A stretch of 55,888 nt of DNA from Minisyncoccota bacterium (GCA_017991895.1 JAGOPR010000003.1:1-55888), one strand, 5' to 3'; positions 34,338 to 43,066 are shown, numbered from the stretch's first letter. Program-made: numbers and translations. The notes: a model not told the origin generated them from the sequence alone.

Positions 34338-34679
34338 ATGACACGATCACTCAAAAAAGGACCATACGTAGACGAACGCGTAATGAAGAAAGTCGTCGGA
34401 AAAAACCCAATGAATACAGGGGTTATTAAGACGTGGTCACGTGCTTGCCAAATCCCACCAGAATTCGTTGGGTTCGTTTTTGGCGTTCATAATGGCAATA
34501 AACACATCGAAGTCCTAGTTACTGAAGATATGGTAGGTCACCGTCTCGGAGAATTTTCACCTACACGAACATTCCGTAAGCACGGAGGTAAGATGCAGAA
34601 AGAAATCGAAGCTAAGGCTAAAGAGTCTGAAATCGCTGCTGCACAGGCTGCAAAATCAGCTCCAGCAGATAAGAAATAA
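34338..34679 (+). CDS. rpsS: 30S ribosomal protein S19, with a C-terminal Ala/Lys-rich extension
   Basis: [13 protein letters not shown]...[13 protein letters not shown]. The start at 34338 is set by homology; the track extension is the leader. Confidence 0.95.
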   Translation: MTRSLKKGPYVDERVMKKVVGKNPMNTGVIKTWSRACQIPPEFVGFVFGVHNGNKHIEVLVTEDMVGHRLGEFSPTRTFRKHGGKMQKEIEAKAKESEIAAAQAAKSAPADKK

Positions 34680-34690
34680 TTTTAAATACT

Positions 34691-35113
34691 ATGAAAGCTT
34701 CCCTCAAAAATTACAGACAAGCCCCTCGTAAAGTACGCCTAGTTGCGCACCTTTTGAAGGGTAAGAAGGTTGCTCAAGCTGAAATGGAGCTTAAACACCT
34801 TGCAAAGCGAGCATCTCTTCCTTTAGAGAAGCTTCTTGCTTCAGCTGTAGCAAATGCAAAAGTTGCTGGAGCGGATGTTGAAAACCTAATTGTCAAAAAT
34901 GTTCAAGTAAATCAGGGCCTTGTTATGAAGCGTATGATGCCTCGCGCCTTTGGTCGTGGAGCCCCAATCATGAAGAAAACATGCCATGTATTTATCGAGC
35001 TTGCTGAAGTTGGTGTTAAAAAGGAAGTAGTTGCAAAGAAAGAAAAAGTCGAAAAAACTGAGAAAAAGGAAAAGAAAGCTACTAAGCCTAAAGCAGTAAA
35101 AGCTAACAAATAA
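34691..35113 (+). CDS. rplV: 50S ribosomal protein L22, with a Lys-rich C-terminal tail
   Basis: YRQAPRKVRLVAHLLKGKKV...MPRAFGRGAPIMKKTCHV. Confidence 0.95.
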   Translation: MKASLKNYRQAPRKVRLVAHLLKGKKVAQAEMELKHLAKRASLPLEKLLASAVANAKVAGADVENLIVKNVQVNQGLVMKRMMPRAFGRGAPIMKKTCHVFIELAEVGVKKEVVAKKEKVEKTEKKEKKATKPKAVKANK

Positions 35114-35116
35114 TAT

Positions 35117-35791
35117 ATGAGTAAAGTTGTCCATCCATACGCACATCGCCTAGTAATCCTCCGAGACTGGAAATCTCGCTGGTTTGCTGCACCTAAGAAA
35201 TACAAGGAATATCTTCGTGGAGATGTACTTGTTCGCGACTACCTTGAAAAGCGTATGCGTGGTCTATATGTTTCATCTATTGAAATTGAGCGCTCACCAA
35301 AGTCTACTCGCGTTATCATCCGCACTTCACGCCCAGGTATGGTTATTGGACGCTCAGGTGAAGGATCAGTAAAACTCAAGAATGATATCGTGGCTTTCAT
35401 GAAGCGCAAAAACGTTACAGTATCAGAAGAACTTAAGCTCGACATCGTAGAAATCCAGAATCCTGATGCTGATGCACACATCGTTGCTTACTCTGTTGCT
35501 GAAGCTCTCGAAAAGCGTCTTCCATTCCGCCGTGTCATGAAGCAAGCTGTTGAGAAAGTTATCGCTACTCGTGGAGTAGAAGGAGTAAAGATTCTTCTTT
35601 CAGGACGTCTAGGTGGCGCTGAAATCGCTCGTATTGAAGAACAAAAGCGTGGCTCAATCCCTCTTCAGACTTTCCGAGCAGACGTTGATTACACACGTGA
35701 AAAAGCACACATGACTTACGGTGATATCGGAATCAAAGTGTGGATTTACCGTGGAGAAATATTTGAAACTAAGACCGCACCTACAAAATAA
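35117..35791 (+). CDS. rpsC: 30S ribosomal protein S3
   Basis: VHPYAHRL...GMVIGRSGEG...LSGRLGGAEIAR. Confidence 0.96.
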   Translation: MSKVVHPYAHRLVILRDWKSRWFAAPKKYKEYLRGDVLVRDYLEKRMRGLYVSSIEIERSPKSTRVIIRTSRPGMVIGRSGEGSVKLKNDIVAFMKRKNVTVSEELKLDIVEIQNPDADAHIVAYSVAEALEKRLPFRRVMKQAVEKVIATRGVEGVKILLSGRLGGAEIARIEEQKRGSIPLQTFRADVDYTREKAHMTYGDIGIKVWIYRGEIFETKTAPTK

Positions 35792-35820
35792 CTAATAGTT
35801 ACTAACTACTTACTAATCCC

Positions 35821-36237
35821 ATGTTATTCCCGAAAAAAATTAAATATCGAAAATGGCAAACTGGACGAAAGAACATGCTAAATTCCACACCTGATACTCG
35901 TGGAACAACTCTTTCATACGGATCATTTGGTCTCAAAGCAGAGACTGCTGGACGCATTCGTAGCAACCAGCTTGAGTCTGCACGTAAGGCTATGGCTCGC
36001 CAAATGACAAAGACTGCAAAGTTTTGGATTCGTATTTTCCCAGACCGACCATACACGGCTAAGCCACCAGAAGTGGGAATGGGTAAGGGTAAAGGTGATC
36101 CACAGGGATTTTGTTTTGAAATTCGCCCAGGACGCCTAATTTTCGAAATCGACGGACTCGACGAAAAGGTTGCCCGTGAAGCTCTTCGAAAAGCTGGTAC
36201 AAAATTGCCAGTTAAAACACGAGTTGTTGCGAGATAA
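35821..36237 (+). CDS. rplP: 50S ribosomal protein L16
   Basis: MLFPKKIKYRKWQTGR... Confidence 0.96.
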   Translation: MLFPKKIKYRKWQTGRKNMLNSTPDTRGTTLSYGSFGLKAETAGRIRSNQLESARKAMARQMTKTAKFWIRIFPDRPYTAKPPEVGMGKGKGDPQGFCFEIRPGRLIFEIDGLDEKVAREALRKAGTKLPVKTRVVAR

Positions 36238-36251
36238 CTGTAATCAATTAT

Positions 36252-36434
36252 ATGAAAAAGAAAGAAACAACAAACGTTACAGATATTGATGCAAAGCTCC
36301 TCGAGCTCCACGAAAAAGTTCGTGTGAACCGCTTTGCTCTTGCTGGAAGTCGTGCAAAAAATGTTAAAGCTACAAAGACACATCGTCGCGAGATCGCTCG
36401 TCTTATGACACAGAAGAATGCAACAAAGAAGTAA
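36252..36434 (+). CDS. rpmC: 50S ribosomal protein L29
   Basis: 60 aa at the conserved position between L16 and S17, with an L29-like helix-rich sequence. Confidence 0.88.
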   Translation: MKKKETTNVTDIDAKLLELHEKVRVNRFALAGSRAKNVKATKTHRREIARLMTQKNATKK

Positions 36435-36437
36435 TAT

Positions 36438-36719
36438 ATGGCAACTAAAACAACTACAAAGAAAACTAAAGAAGTCGCAACTCCTGTAAAGAACACTGTT
36501 CTTGCCGGCGTTGTTATGAAAACTGCGATGCAGAAGACGATTGTAGTCAAAGTTACTCGCTTTGAGAAGCACCCAAAATACAAAAAATACCAAACCTTTT
36601 CAAAGAAGTACAAGGTGCATGATGGGAATGCTGTTGCAAAAGTAGGAGACATGGTGGAAATCATGGAAACTCGCCCGATCTCAAAGGACAAGCATTTTAC
36701 TTTGGTCGTGAAGAAATAA
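36438..36719 (+). CDS. rpsQ: 30S ribosomal protein S17
   Basis: LAGVVMKTAMQKTIVVKVTRFEKHPKYKKY. Confidence 0.94.
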   Translation: MATKTTTKKTKEVATPVKNTVLAGVVMKTAMQKTIVVKVTRFEKHPKYKKYQTFSKKYKVHDGNAVAKVGDMVEIMETRPISKDKHFTLVVKK

Positions 36720-36737
36720 TTTTCGAATAAAAAATAT

Positions 36738-37115
36738 ATGATTCAACCACAAACAATAGTAAAAATAGCTGATAACGCCGGAGGTAAAATCGGACGCGTC
36801 TTCAAGGTTCTTGGTTCATCAAAGCGCCGATACGCTGAAATCGGAGACGTTGTGGTTATCTCAGTCCAGATTGCAGAACCTCGCAAGGGTGTTAAGAAGA
36901 AAGGTGTTCACCACGCAGTTGTTGTTCGCCAGCGTGAAGCTCTTCGAAGAAAAGACGGTTCTTACATATCTTTTGACGACAATGCTGTTGTACTTATAGG
37001 TAGTGGTAAACAACGCTTTGAACCTATCGCAGGACGTATCTTCGGACCGATTCCTCGTGAGCTCGGTGAACGTGGTTATCAGAAAATCATATCGTTAGCA
37101 CCAGAAGTGCTCTAA
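36738..37115 (+). CDS. rplN: 50S ribosomal protein L14
   Basis: MIQPQTIVKIADNAGGK... Confidence 0.96.
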   Translation: MIQPQTIVKIADNAGGKIGRVFKVLGSSKRRYAEIGDVVVISVQIAEPRKGVKKKGVHHAVVVRQREALRRKDGSYISFDDNAVVLIGSGKQRFEPIAGRIFGPIPRELGERGYQKIISLAPEVL

Positions 37116-37117
37116 TC

Positions 37118-37206
37118 AGAAAGTAGAAAATAGTAAGTAGAAAATAGGAGCCCAAATACAAACGCATTCACTACTAACTACTTTCTACTAACTACTAACT
37201 AATCAC
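37118..37206. repeat. Inverted pair of 7-8-nt tandem arrays in the rplN-rplX spacer
   Basis: Left arm AGAAAGTAGAAAATAGTAAGTAGAAAATAGG. Right arm CACTACTAACTACTTTCTACTAACTACTAACTAATCAC, ending at the rplX ATG. Confidence 0.85.
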
Positions 37207-37512
37207 ATGAACATCAAAAAAGGAGACATCGTAATAGTTCGCGTTGGAAAGGATAAGGGAAAGAAAGGGAAAGTCCTTGCTGTTTCTCCTAAGCTTGATT
37301 CTGTACTCGTTGAGGGTATGAATATGAAGAAGCGTCATATGAAGCCACGTGGACGTGACCAGAAAGGACAGACTATCGAAATTGCTCATCCTATAACACG
37401 TTCAAACGTTTCATTGGTTGATCCTAAAAAGGGGACTGCGACACGCTTGGGCTCAAAGACGGTAGCAGGAAAGAAGGTTCGAATCGCAAGAAAGAGCGGA
37501 CAAGAGATTTAA
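37207..37512 (+). CDS. rplX: 50S ribosomal protein L24
   Basis: IKKGDIVIVRVGKDKGKKGKV (KOW motif). Confidence 0.94.
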   Translation: MNIKKGDIVIVRVGKDKGKKGKVLAVSPKLDSVLVEGMNMKKRHMKPRGRDQKGQTIEIAHPITRSNVSLVDPKKGTATRLGSKTVAGKKVRIARKSGQEI

Positions 37513-37571
37513 GTTTTAATAAATAATACGGTATTAGGTGAATTTTAATTCGACCTAAATCCAAAAAATAT

Positions 37572-38144
37572 ATGGCACATCTCACGATTAAAGAAAAATC
37601 AGCAAAAGCATATGAAGTCTTGAAGCCAAAATTTGGCTACAAGAACATAATGGCCTCACCACGACTTATGAAGGTTGTTATCTCCTCAGGTACGGGAGGT
37701 GCAATGAAGCGTGATGCAAAGCGCAACGATCTTGTCGCTGACCGACTCGCTAAAATTACTGGACAGAAGCCATCTCTCAAGGGAGCTAAGCAATCTATCG
37801 CATCATTCAAGATTCGTCAGGGTGATCCTGTTGGAATCACGACTACTCTTCGTGGTCCTCGTATGTACGGATTTTTAGAAAAGTTTTTTAATATATCTGT
37901 CCCACGTATCAAAGACTTCCGTGGTTTTAATTCAAGTAGTGTTGACTCTATCGGAAACATTACACTTGGTCTTAAAGAGCACGTTATCTTCCCAGAAACA
38001 GCCGATGAAGATATCAAAGATGTTTTTGGTCTTGCTGTAACTATTGTTTCATCTGCAAAAACAAAGGAAGAAGGAATTGCCTTTTTTGAATATCTCGGAG
38101 TTCCATTCAAAAAAGAAGAGGAAACAGCTAAGAAAAAACGCTAA
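37572..38144 (+). CDS. rplE: 50S ribosomal protein L5
   Basis: PRLMKVVISSGTG...RGPRMYGFLEKF...DFRGF. Confidence 0.96.
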   Translation: MAHLTIKEKSAKAYEVLKPKFGYKNIMASPRLMKVVISSGTGGAMKRDAKRNDLVADRLAKITGQKPSLKGAKQSIASFKIRQGDPVGITTTLRGPRMYGFLEKFFNISVPRIKDFRGFNSSSVDSIGNITLGLKEHVIFPETADEDIKDVFGLAVTIVSSAKTKEEGIAFFEYLGVPFKKEEETAKKKR

Positions 38145-38156
38145 ACTTCAGATTTC

Positions 38157-38187
38157 AAAAAGCCCCGCGCCATGGCGCGGGGCTTTT
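38157..38187 (+). terminator. Intrinsic terminator after rplE
   Basis: AAAAAGCCCCGCGC-CATG-GCGCGGGGCTTTT, the same stem as at 29094-29125. Confidence 0.85.
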
Positions 38188-38218
38188 GTTTTATTTTATG
38201 CTATTCTCATCAATACAT

Positions 38219-38812
38219 ATGAAGAGAAACATAATCACAATATGCGGAGTACTTGGGAGTGGTAAATCTACTACCGCAAAACGCGTTGCTAGTACACTCG
38301 GTTACGCGCATTACTCCGGCGGAGATTTCATGCGTGCAATGGCTACAGAGCGCGGGATAACGCTTGCCGAACTCAACATTCTTGCAGAGACTGATCCCGC
38401 TATCGATAAGGAAATTGACCGTAAGCAGAAGGAATTTATGGATGCTAATGAAAATTTTGTCATCGATTCACGACTTGGCTGGTTTTGGGCACCCGACTCG
38501 TTTAAAGTATTTTTAAATCTTCCTGTTTCGGTATCGGCACAGCGTGTATTTGCCGACATGCAGGCGAAGAAATCTGAACGTGCAAATGAAGTCCAAAAAT
38601 CTCCTGAAACATTTGAAGAGGTAGAGGCGCGTCTTGCCGAACGGTTTGCTAGCGAGGGTGAAAGATATAAAAAATATTATGATATAGACAATTATCAAGA
38701 TTCAAAACATTTTGATTTGGTTATCGATACAAGCATCAACGACATCCCTGCTGTAGAACGGCTCGTAATTGAAGGCTACAAAAAGTGGCAGGCCGAAAAA
38801 ACTGAAAAGTAA
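38219..38812 (+). CDS. cmk: Cytidylate kinase, archaeal-type (Cmk family 2-like)
   Basis: ITICGVLGSGKSTTAKRVA...SGGDFMRAMATERGITLAE...DPAIDKEIDRKQ. The start at 38219 (MKRNII) is preferred. Confidence 0.75.
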   Translation: MKRNIITICGVLGSGKSTTAKRVASTLGYAHYSGGDFMRAMATERGITLAELNILAETDPAIDKEIDRKQKEFMDANENFVIDSRLGWFWAPDSFKVFLNLPVSVSAQRVFADMQAKKSERANEVQKSPETFEEVEARLAERFASEGERYKKYYDIDNYQDSKHFDLVIDTSINDIPAVERLVIEGYKKWQAEKTEK

Positions 38813-38814
38813 AA

Positions 38815-38852
38815 TCTTAACAATTTTAGACGGCCGTCTAAAATTGTTAAGA
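38815..38852. repeat. Perfect 38-nt palindrome between cmk and truB
   Basis: TCTTAACAATTTTAGACGG|CCGTCTAAAATTGTTAAGA. No T-tract follows. Confidence 0.9.
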
Positions 38853-38868
38853 TGACCGGAACATAGAG

Positions 38869-39561
38869 ATGAAAGAAAAATATCTAATTCAAAAAAAGTG
38901 GGGCGAGACTCCACTAGAAGCTTTGGAGCGGTTACGCGTCGATGAAAAAATCGGTGCGGATGTTCCGATGACGTATGCGGGTCGACTTGATCCAGCAGCG
39001 GAGGGTTTACTTATCATTCTCACGGGAGAAGAGTGTAAAAAGAAGGATGAATACAGTGCGCTTTCAAAAACATACGTAGCTGAAATTATTTTGGGTGTTT
39101 CGACAGATAGCTACGATCTGCTTGGAATACCAAAGGTAGAATTAAGAATTAAGAATTTAGAATCAAGTATGGAAGAAATAAAAAAATACTTGGATATCAA
39201 TATCGGAAAACAAATGCAGGAATATCCGCACTACTCATCAAAAAATATTGATACCGGAGTACTTCCTCTTCCGCATGAAGTTGAACTTTTTGAGTACAAA
39301 AATCTTGAGATAGGGGAGCGAACCCAAGATGAAGTTTCAGAGAGAGTAAAAAATCTTACAGAATTAGTAACAGGCGATTTTAGACAAGCGAAAATTTCCG
39401 AAGCATGGAAGACCATTTCCATCCCTGAAAAACTACAAACTATAAAAGTTGAATTGAAAGTTTCGAGTGGATTTTATATCCGACAGCTTGCCGAAGATCT
39501 TGGGAAAGCTCTTTGTTGTGGCGCATGTCTCTATTCTCTTGTTCGTACTGAAATAGAATAG
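38869..39561 (+). CDS. truB: tRNA pseudouridine synthase, short TruB-like
   Basis: KKWGETPLEALERLR...YAGRLDPAAEGLLIILTGEECKK catalytic Asp motif. Confidence 0.75.
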   Translation: MKEKYLIQKKWGETPLEALERLRVDEKIGADVPMTYAGRLDPAAEGLLIILTGEECKKKDEYSALSKTYVAEIILGVSTDSYDLLGIPKVELRIKNLESSMEEIKKYLDINIGKQMQEYPHYSSKNIDTGVLPLPHEVELFEYKNLEIGERTQDEVSERVKNLTELVTGDFRQAKISEAWKTISIPEKLQTIKVELKVSSGFYIRQLAEDLGKALCCGACLYSLVRTEIE

Positions 39562-39566
39562 AAAAT

Positions 39567-39586
39567 GCCCCAGACAAAGCTGGGGC
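39567..39586 (-). terminator. Hairpin terminator for the minus-strand gene, shared with the truB 3' region
   Basis: GCCCCA-N8-TGGGGC. On the minus strand it is followed by ATTTTCTATT. Confidence 0.5.
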
Positions 39587-39615
39587 AGGGAATTAGTTTC
39601 CACTTTTTCTTTACA

Positions 39616-40071
39616 TTACTCCTCTTTACTTTCCTTTTCCCACTCGAGATAGCGTATCGTTACAATTTCAGTTGGGTACATCGGAACGTACGCAGATACT
39701 TTATCGTAGCAATTTCTTGAGTAGCCCAACATTGTAATAGTTAGGGTTGACTGTGATGCGCCGGTAATAAAAAGCACTGCATCGCAACCATTAGATATGG
39801 CATCATTTTCAAGTGCTCTGAACTCATCTTCTGCAGTGTCAAAATCAGGAACTTTCATCCAGTTTTCAGGCATCTGTTTCAGATAAATTCTTTCAAAAGT
39901 GGAAAACGGTTGAACTAGTTCTTCCGCTATCGGGTCATTCACGCAATAAACAATCATCATTTTCTTATAATATGTAGTGTCCATCAAAATTCTTTTGATT
40001 GTTTTGGCATTTTTTGCGAGGTCTTCTTTTCTACCACGCGAAAGGACAAATAATAGATTAAACTTTCTCAT
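39616..40071 (-). CDS. Hypothetical 151-aa protein
   Basis: The start MRKFNLLFVL at 40071 is preferred. The longer track ORF reads through an 18-bp inverted repeat at 40098-40145, which is probably 5' UTR. Confidence 0.5.
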   Translation of the reverse strand: MRKFNLLFVLSRGRKEDLAKNAKTIKRILMDTTYYKKMMIVYCVNDPIAEELVQPFSTFERIYLKQMPENWMKVPDFDTAEDEFRALENDAISNGCDAVLFITGASQSTLTITMLGYSRNCYDKVSAYVPMYPTEIVTIRYLEWEKESKEE

Positions 40072-40175
40072 GTTTTTATGCCGCCTGTGAATCATTTTAT
40101 GGCGAATTTTGGCCCTGTAATATAGGAGGGGCAAAATTCGCCATAGAATAAGGCTTTTTCAACGAAAATCACTAT

Positions 40176-40204
40176 ATAATAGCATAAAATAGCTTAAAAG
40201 TCAA
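40176..40204 (-). promoter_or_regulatory. Candidate promoter for 39616-40071
   Basis: Minus strand TTGACT-N17-TATTAT with an extended TGC. Confidence 0.5.
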
Positions 40205-40255
40205 TAATCTAGACGCCATATCAACTATGGAGAGATATTCTGACGGGTGTCGATT

Positions 40256-40283
40256 TGACATTAGTTTTCAATCTGCTAGTATA
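40256..40283 (+). promoter_or_regulatory. Restart promoter for rpsZ-...-secY
   Basis: GGGTGTCGATTTGACA-N16-TAGTAT, homologous to 34198-34240. Confidence 0.6.
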
Positions 40284-40397
40284 GCTCCCGAGGCAGTTTA
40301 GCAGTCACTGGTCCACTTTTCTCCTTTAATTTCCTACTCTGTAGGGGGATAAAGAAAAAAAGTGAGATACCGGACAGCGAGCCTCTAATTTTTACTT

Positions 40398-40583
40398 ATG
40401 GCAAAGACATCAACCAAACATCGAGCAACACGTACCCCAAAGTTTAGTACACGGGCTAAAAACCGTTGTTTTAAATGTGGTCGCGGACGTGGCTTTATGC
40501 GAGATTTTGGCCTATGTCGTATCTGTTTCCGCGAACTAGCCAACGAGGGAATGATCCCAGGTGTTCGTAAATCATCTTGGTAA
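40398..40583 (+). CDS. rpsN: 30S ribosomal protein S14, zinc-binding type Z
   Basis: 61 aa with [23 protein letters not shown] (CxxC...CxxC). Confidence 0.95.
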   Translation: MAKTSTKHRATRTPKFSTRAKNRCFKCGRGRGFMRDFGLCRICFRELANEGMIPGVRKSSW

Positions 40584-40594
40584 TATAAAATTCT

Positions 40595-40981
40595 ATGGAC
40601 CCAGTATCAAACATGCTCATCTCAATAAAGAACGGTAACCGAGCTCTCAAGGAGAGTGTTATTGTTCCGCAGTCTCAGCTTTGTCTAGCAATTGCAACAA
40701 AACTTTCTAAAGAAGGCTTTGTTGGTGCAGTTGACCAAAAGACACGTAAAGGCCGTCCAGTTATGGAAATTGCCCTTATTTCTAAGGACAGAATGCCAAA
40801 GGTCAACGAAATCGTTCGTATTTCAAAGCCATCACGACGAATGTACTATGGTGTACAGGATATAAAGACAATCAAGAATGGCCGTGGAGCAATGGTATTT
40901 TCAACACCAAAGGGAATTTTGACAGACAAAGAGGCCCGCAAGGAAAACGTCGGCGGAGAAGCTCTATTTTCAATTTGGTAG
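40595..40981 (+). CDS. rpsH: 30S ribosomal protein S8
   Basis: DPVSNMLISIKNGN...GGEALFSIW. Confidence 0.95.
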   Translation: MDPVSNMLISIKNGNRALKESVIVPQSQLCLAIATKLSKEGFVGAVDQKTRKGRPVMEIALISKDRMPKVNEIVRISKPSRRMYYGVQDIKTIKNGRGAMVFSTPKGILTDKEARKENVGGEALFSIW

Positions 40982-41007
40982 GGCACACTATCTTAAGATA
41001 AATTTTT

Positions 41008-41541
41008 ATGTCACGAATCGCTAAACAACCAATCGAAATCCCATCAGGAACAACAATTACATTTGTTGACGGTCTTTTGACTGTAAAAGGAGCAAAGGGA
41101 ACACTCACACGCGCTTTCCGAAACGAAGTAGATTTCAAAATTGAAGGAAACACAATCACTCTTTCTCCTGCAAAAGATGAAATATTCGCTCGTGCACTTT
41201 GGGGAACATACGCTTCACATGTAAAAAATATGATTACCGGTGTGAACACTCCATATGTTAAGAAACTTATTCTTGAAGGAGTTGGATTTAAGAGCGAAGT
41301 GAAGGGTAAAGACCTTGTTCTTGCTCTTGGATTTTCACATGGTGTTACAGTAGCAATCCCTGAGGGTCTTACCGTTACAGCTGAGAAAAACAACATCACT
41401 TTTACAGGTATCGATAAGGAATCAGTTGGACAATTTGCGTCAAAGATCCGCGCTATGAAAAAGCCTGAGCCATATAAAGGTAAAGGATTCCGTTATGACG
41501 ATGAGGTTATCCGACGTAAGCAAGGAAAGAAGGCAGCGTAA
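41008..41541 (+). CDS. rplF: 50S ribosomal protein L6
   Basis: SRIAKQPIEIPSG...GVGFKSEVKG...PEPYKGKGFRY. Confidence 0.95.
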   Translation: MSRIAKQPIEIPSGTTITFVDGLLTVKGAKGTLTRAFRNEVDFKIEGNTITLSPAKDEIFARALWGTYASHVKNMITGVNTPYVKKLILEGVGFKSEVKGKDLVLALGFSHGVTVAIPEGLTVTAEKNNITFTGIDKESVGQFASKIRAMKKPEPYKGKGFRYDDEVIRRKQGKKAA

Positions 41542-41582
41542 AATAGAGTAATGACCAAAGAGAAAAGTTCAAAGAAAAACCT

Positions 41583-41930
41583 ATGAAATCAAAAAATATT
41601 AAAACTGAAAAGCGACTTCGATTGAAGAAAAAGATTCGCATGCGAATCGCGGGTGACGCTATGCGCCCTCGTCTTTCAGTCTTCCGCTCGAACAAGTTTA
41701 TCTACGCTCAAGCTATCGATGATACAAAGAGTGTTACGATTGCATCAGTTTCAGATGGTACACAGAAAGGAACAAAGGTTGCCGGAGCAGAATATGTTGG
41801 TACAGCAATCGCGAAACTTTTGAAAGAGAAAGGTATAACAACGATCGTTTTTGATCGCGGCGGTTTTAAATACGCAGGTCGAGTAAAAATTCTTGCAGAC
41901 GCGGCACGTGCTGGCGGACTTAAATTCTAA
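41583..41930 (+). CDS. rplR: 50S ribosomal protein L18
   Basis: RPRLSVFRSNKFIYAQAIDD...VFDRGGFKYAGRVKILADAARAGGLKF. Confidence 0.95.
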   Translation: MKSKNIKTEKRLRLKKKIRMRIAGDAMRPRLSVFRSNKFIYAQAIDDTKSVTIASVSDGTQKGTKVAGAEYVGTAIAKLLKEKGITTIVFDRGGFKYAGRVKILADAARAGGLKF

Positions 41931-41934
41931 ATAT

Positions 41935-42627
41935 ATGGCTGAAAACACAAAAACAACTAAACCAGGAAATTCAGGTGCCGGACCAGCTCGCGGATCATTC
42001 CGTGGCGCAGGCGGAGCAAGCCGTGGTGGACAAGGTGGAGCACGAGGTGGTGCTGGCGGGGGAGCAGGTGGATCTCGCGGTCCTCGACGTCCTTTCACAG
42101 AACGTGCAAAACCAGAATACGATCAGAAGATTCTTGCAATCCGTCGTGTTACTCGTGTGGTTTCAGGTGGACGCCGTATGACTTTCTCTGTAGCTCTTGC
42201 AATAGGCGACCGAAAGGGTATGGTAGGTCTTGGAACAGGAAAGGCTATTGATACTTCAATGGCGATTGCTAAGGCACAGAAATCTGCAAAAAAGAACATG
42301 CTCAAGCTTCGACTCACAAAAACACAGTCTCTCCCTCATGATATTGGAGCTAAATTCTCAAGTGCACAGCTTATGATGATGCCAAACCGCGGACGTGGAA
42401 TGATCGCTGGATCAGCTGTTCGTGACATGCTCCTTCTTGCTGGTGTAAAGGATGTAACAAGTAAGATTAGTTCTGGAAGTAAAAACAAACTCAACATTGC
42501 TCGTGCAACAATGAAAGCATTTGGCCAGATTGGAACTCGAGTATTGCGACACAAGGTAGCAGATGATAAGGCTATTCTCCCACCTGTACCAAAGGTTGAG
42601 GATGTAGTCCCTGTTGTAGAAAAGTAA
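41935..42627 (+). CDS. rpsE: 30S ribosomal protein S5 with a ~55-aa Gly/Arg-rich (RGG-like) N-terminal extension
   Basis: The start at 41935 (MAENTK) follows the rplR stop. GPARGSFRGAGGASRGGQGGARGGAGGGAGGSRGPRRP precedes the canonical VTRVVSGGRRMTFSV...GLGTGKA. Confidence 0.93.
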   Translation: MAENTKTTKPGNSGAGPARGSFRGAGGASRGGQGGARGGAGGGAGGSRGPRRPFTERAKPEYDQKILAIRRVTRVVSGGRRMTFSVALAIGDRKGMVGLGTGKAIDTSMAIAKAQKSAKKNMLKLRLTKTQSLPHDIGAKFSSAQLMMMPNRGRGMIAGSAVRDMLLLAGVKDVTSKISSGSKNKLNIARATMKAFGQIGTRVLRHKVADDKAILPPVPKVEDVVPVVEK

Positions 42628-42631
42628 TACT

Positions 42632-43066
42632 ATGCAAACACACAACGTACAACGAAATACAAAACTTAAGAAACATGTTCAGCTTGGACGTGGAGGACGA
42701 CACGGTAAAACTTCAGGACGTGGAGGCAAGGGTCTTACAGCACGCGCTGGTTTTAAGCGCCGACCAGCTCTTCGTGACGCTATTAAGAAAATTCCAAAAC
42801 TTCGTGGATATAAATTCCACTCTATCGAGACTGCATACTACCCAGTAAATCTTGAAGCTCTAGAAAAGTCTTTCAAAGCAGGAGATACTGTTACTCTAAA
42901 GACTCTTATCGAAAATAAGGTATTTCGTCTTAAGGGTGCAAAAAATCCACGCATAAAGATTCTCGCTCGTGGGATACTCTCGAAGAAACTTACTGTTAAA
43001 GGATGTGCTGTTTCAGAAACTGCGAAAACTGCGATTGAAAAGGCAGGAGGAACAGTAGAAAAGTAA
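42632..43066 (+). CDS. rplO: 50S ribosomal protein L15
   Basis: GRGGRHGKTSGRGGKG. It starts 4 nt after rpsE, leaving no room for L30. Confidence 0.95.
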   Translation: MQTHNVQRNTKLKKHVQLGRGGRHGKTSGRGGKGLTARAGFKRRPALRDAIKKIPKLRGYKFHSIETAYYPVNLEALEKSFKAGDTVTLKTLIENKVFRLKGAKNPRIKILARGILSKKLTVKGCAVSETAKTAIEKAGGTVEK

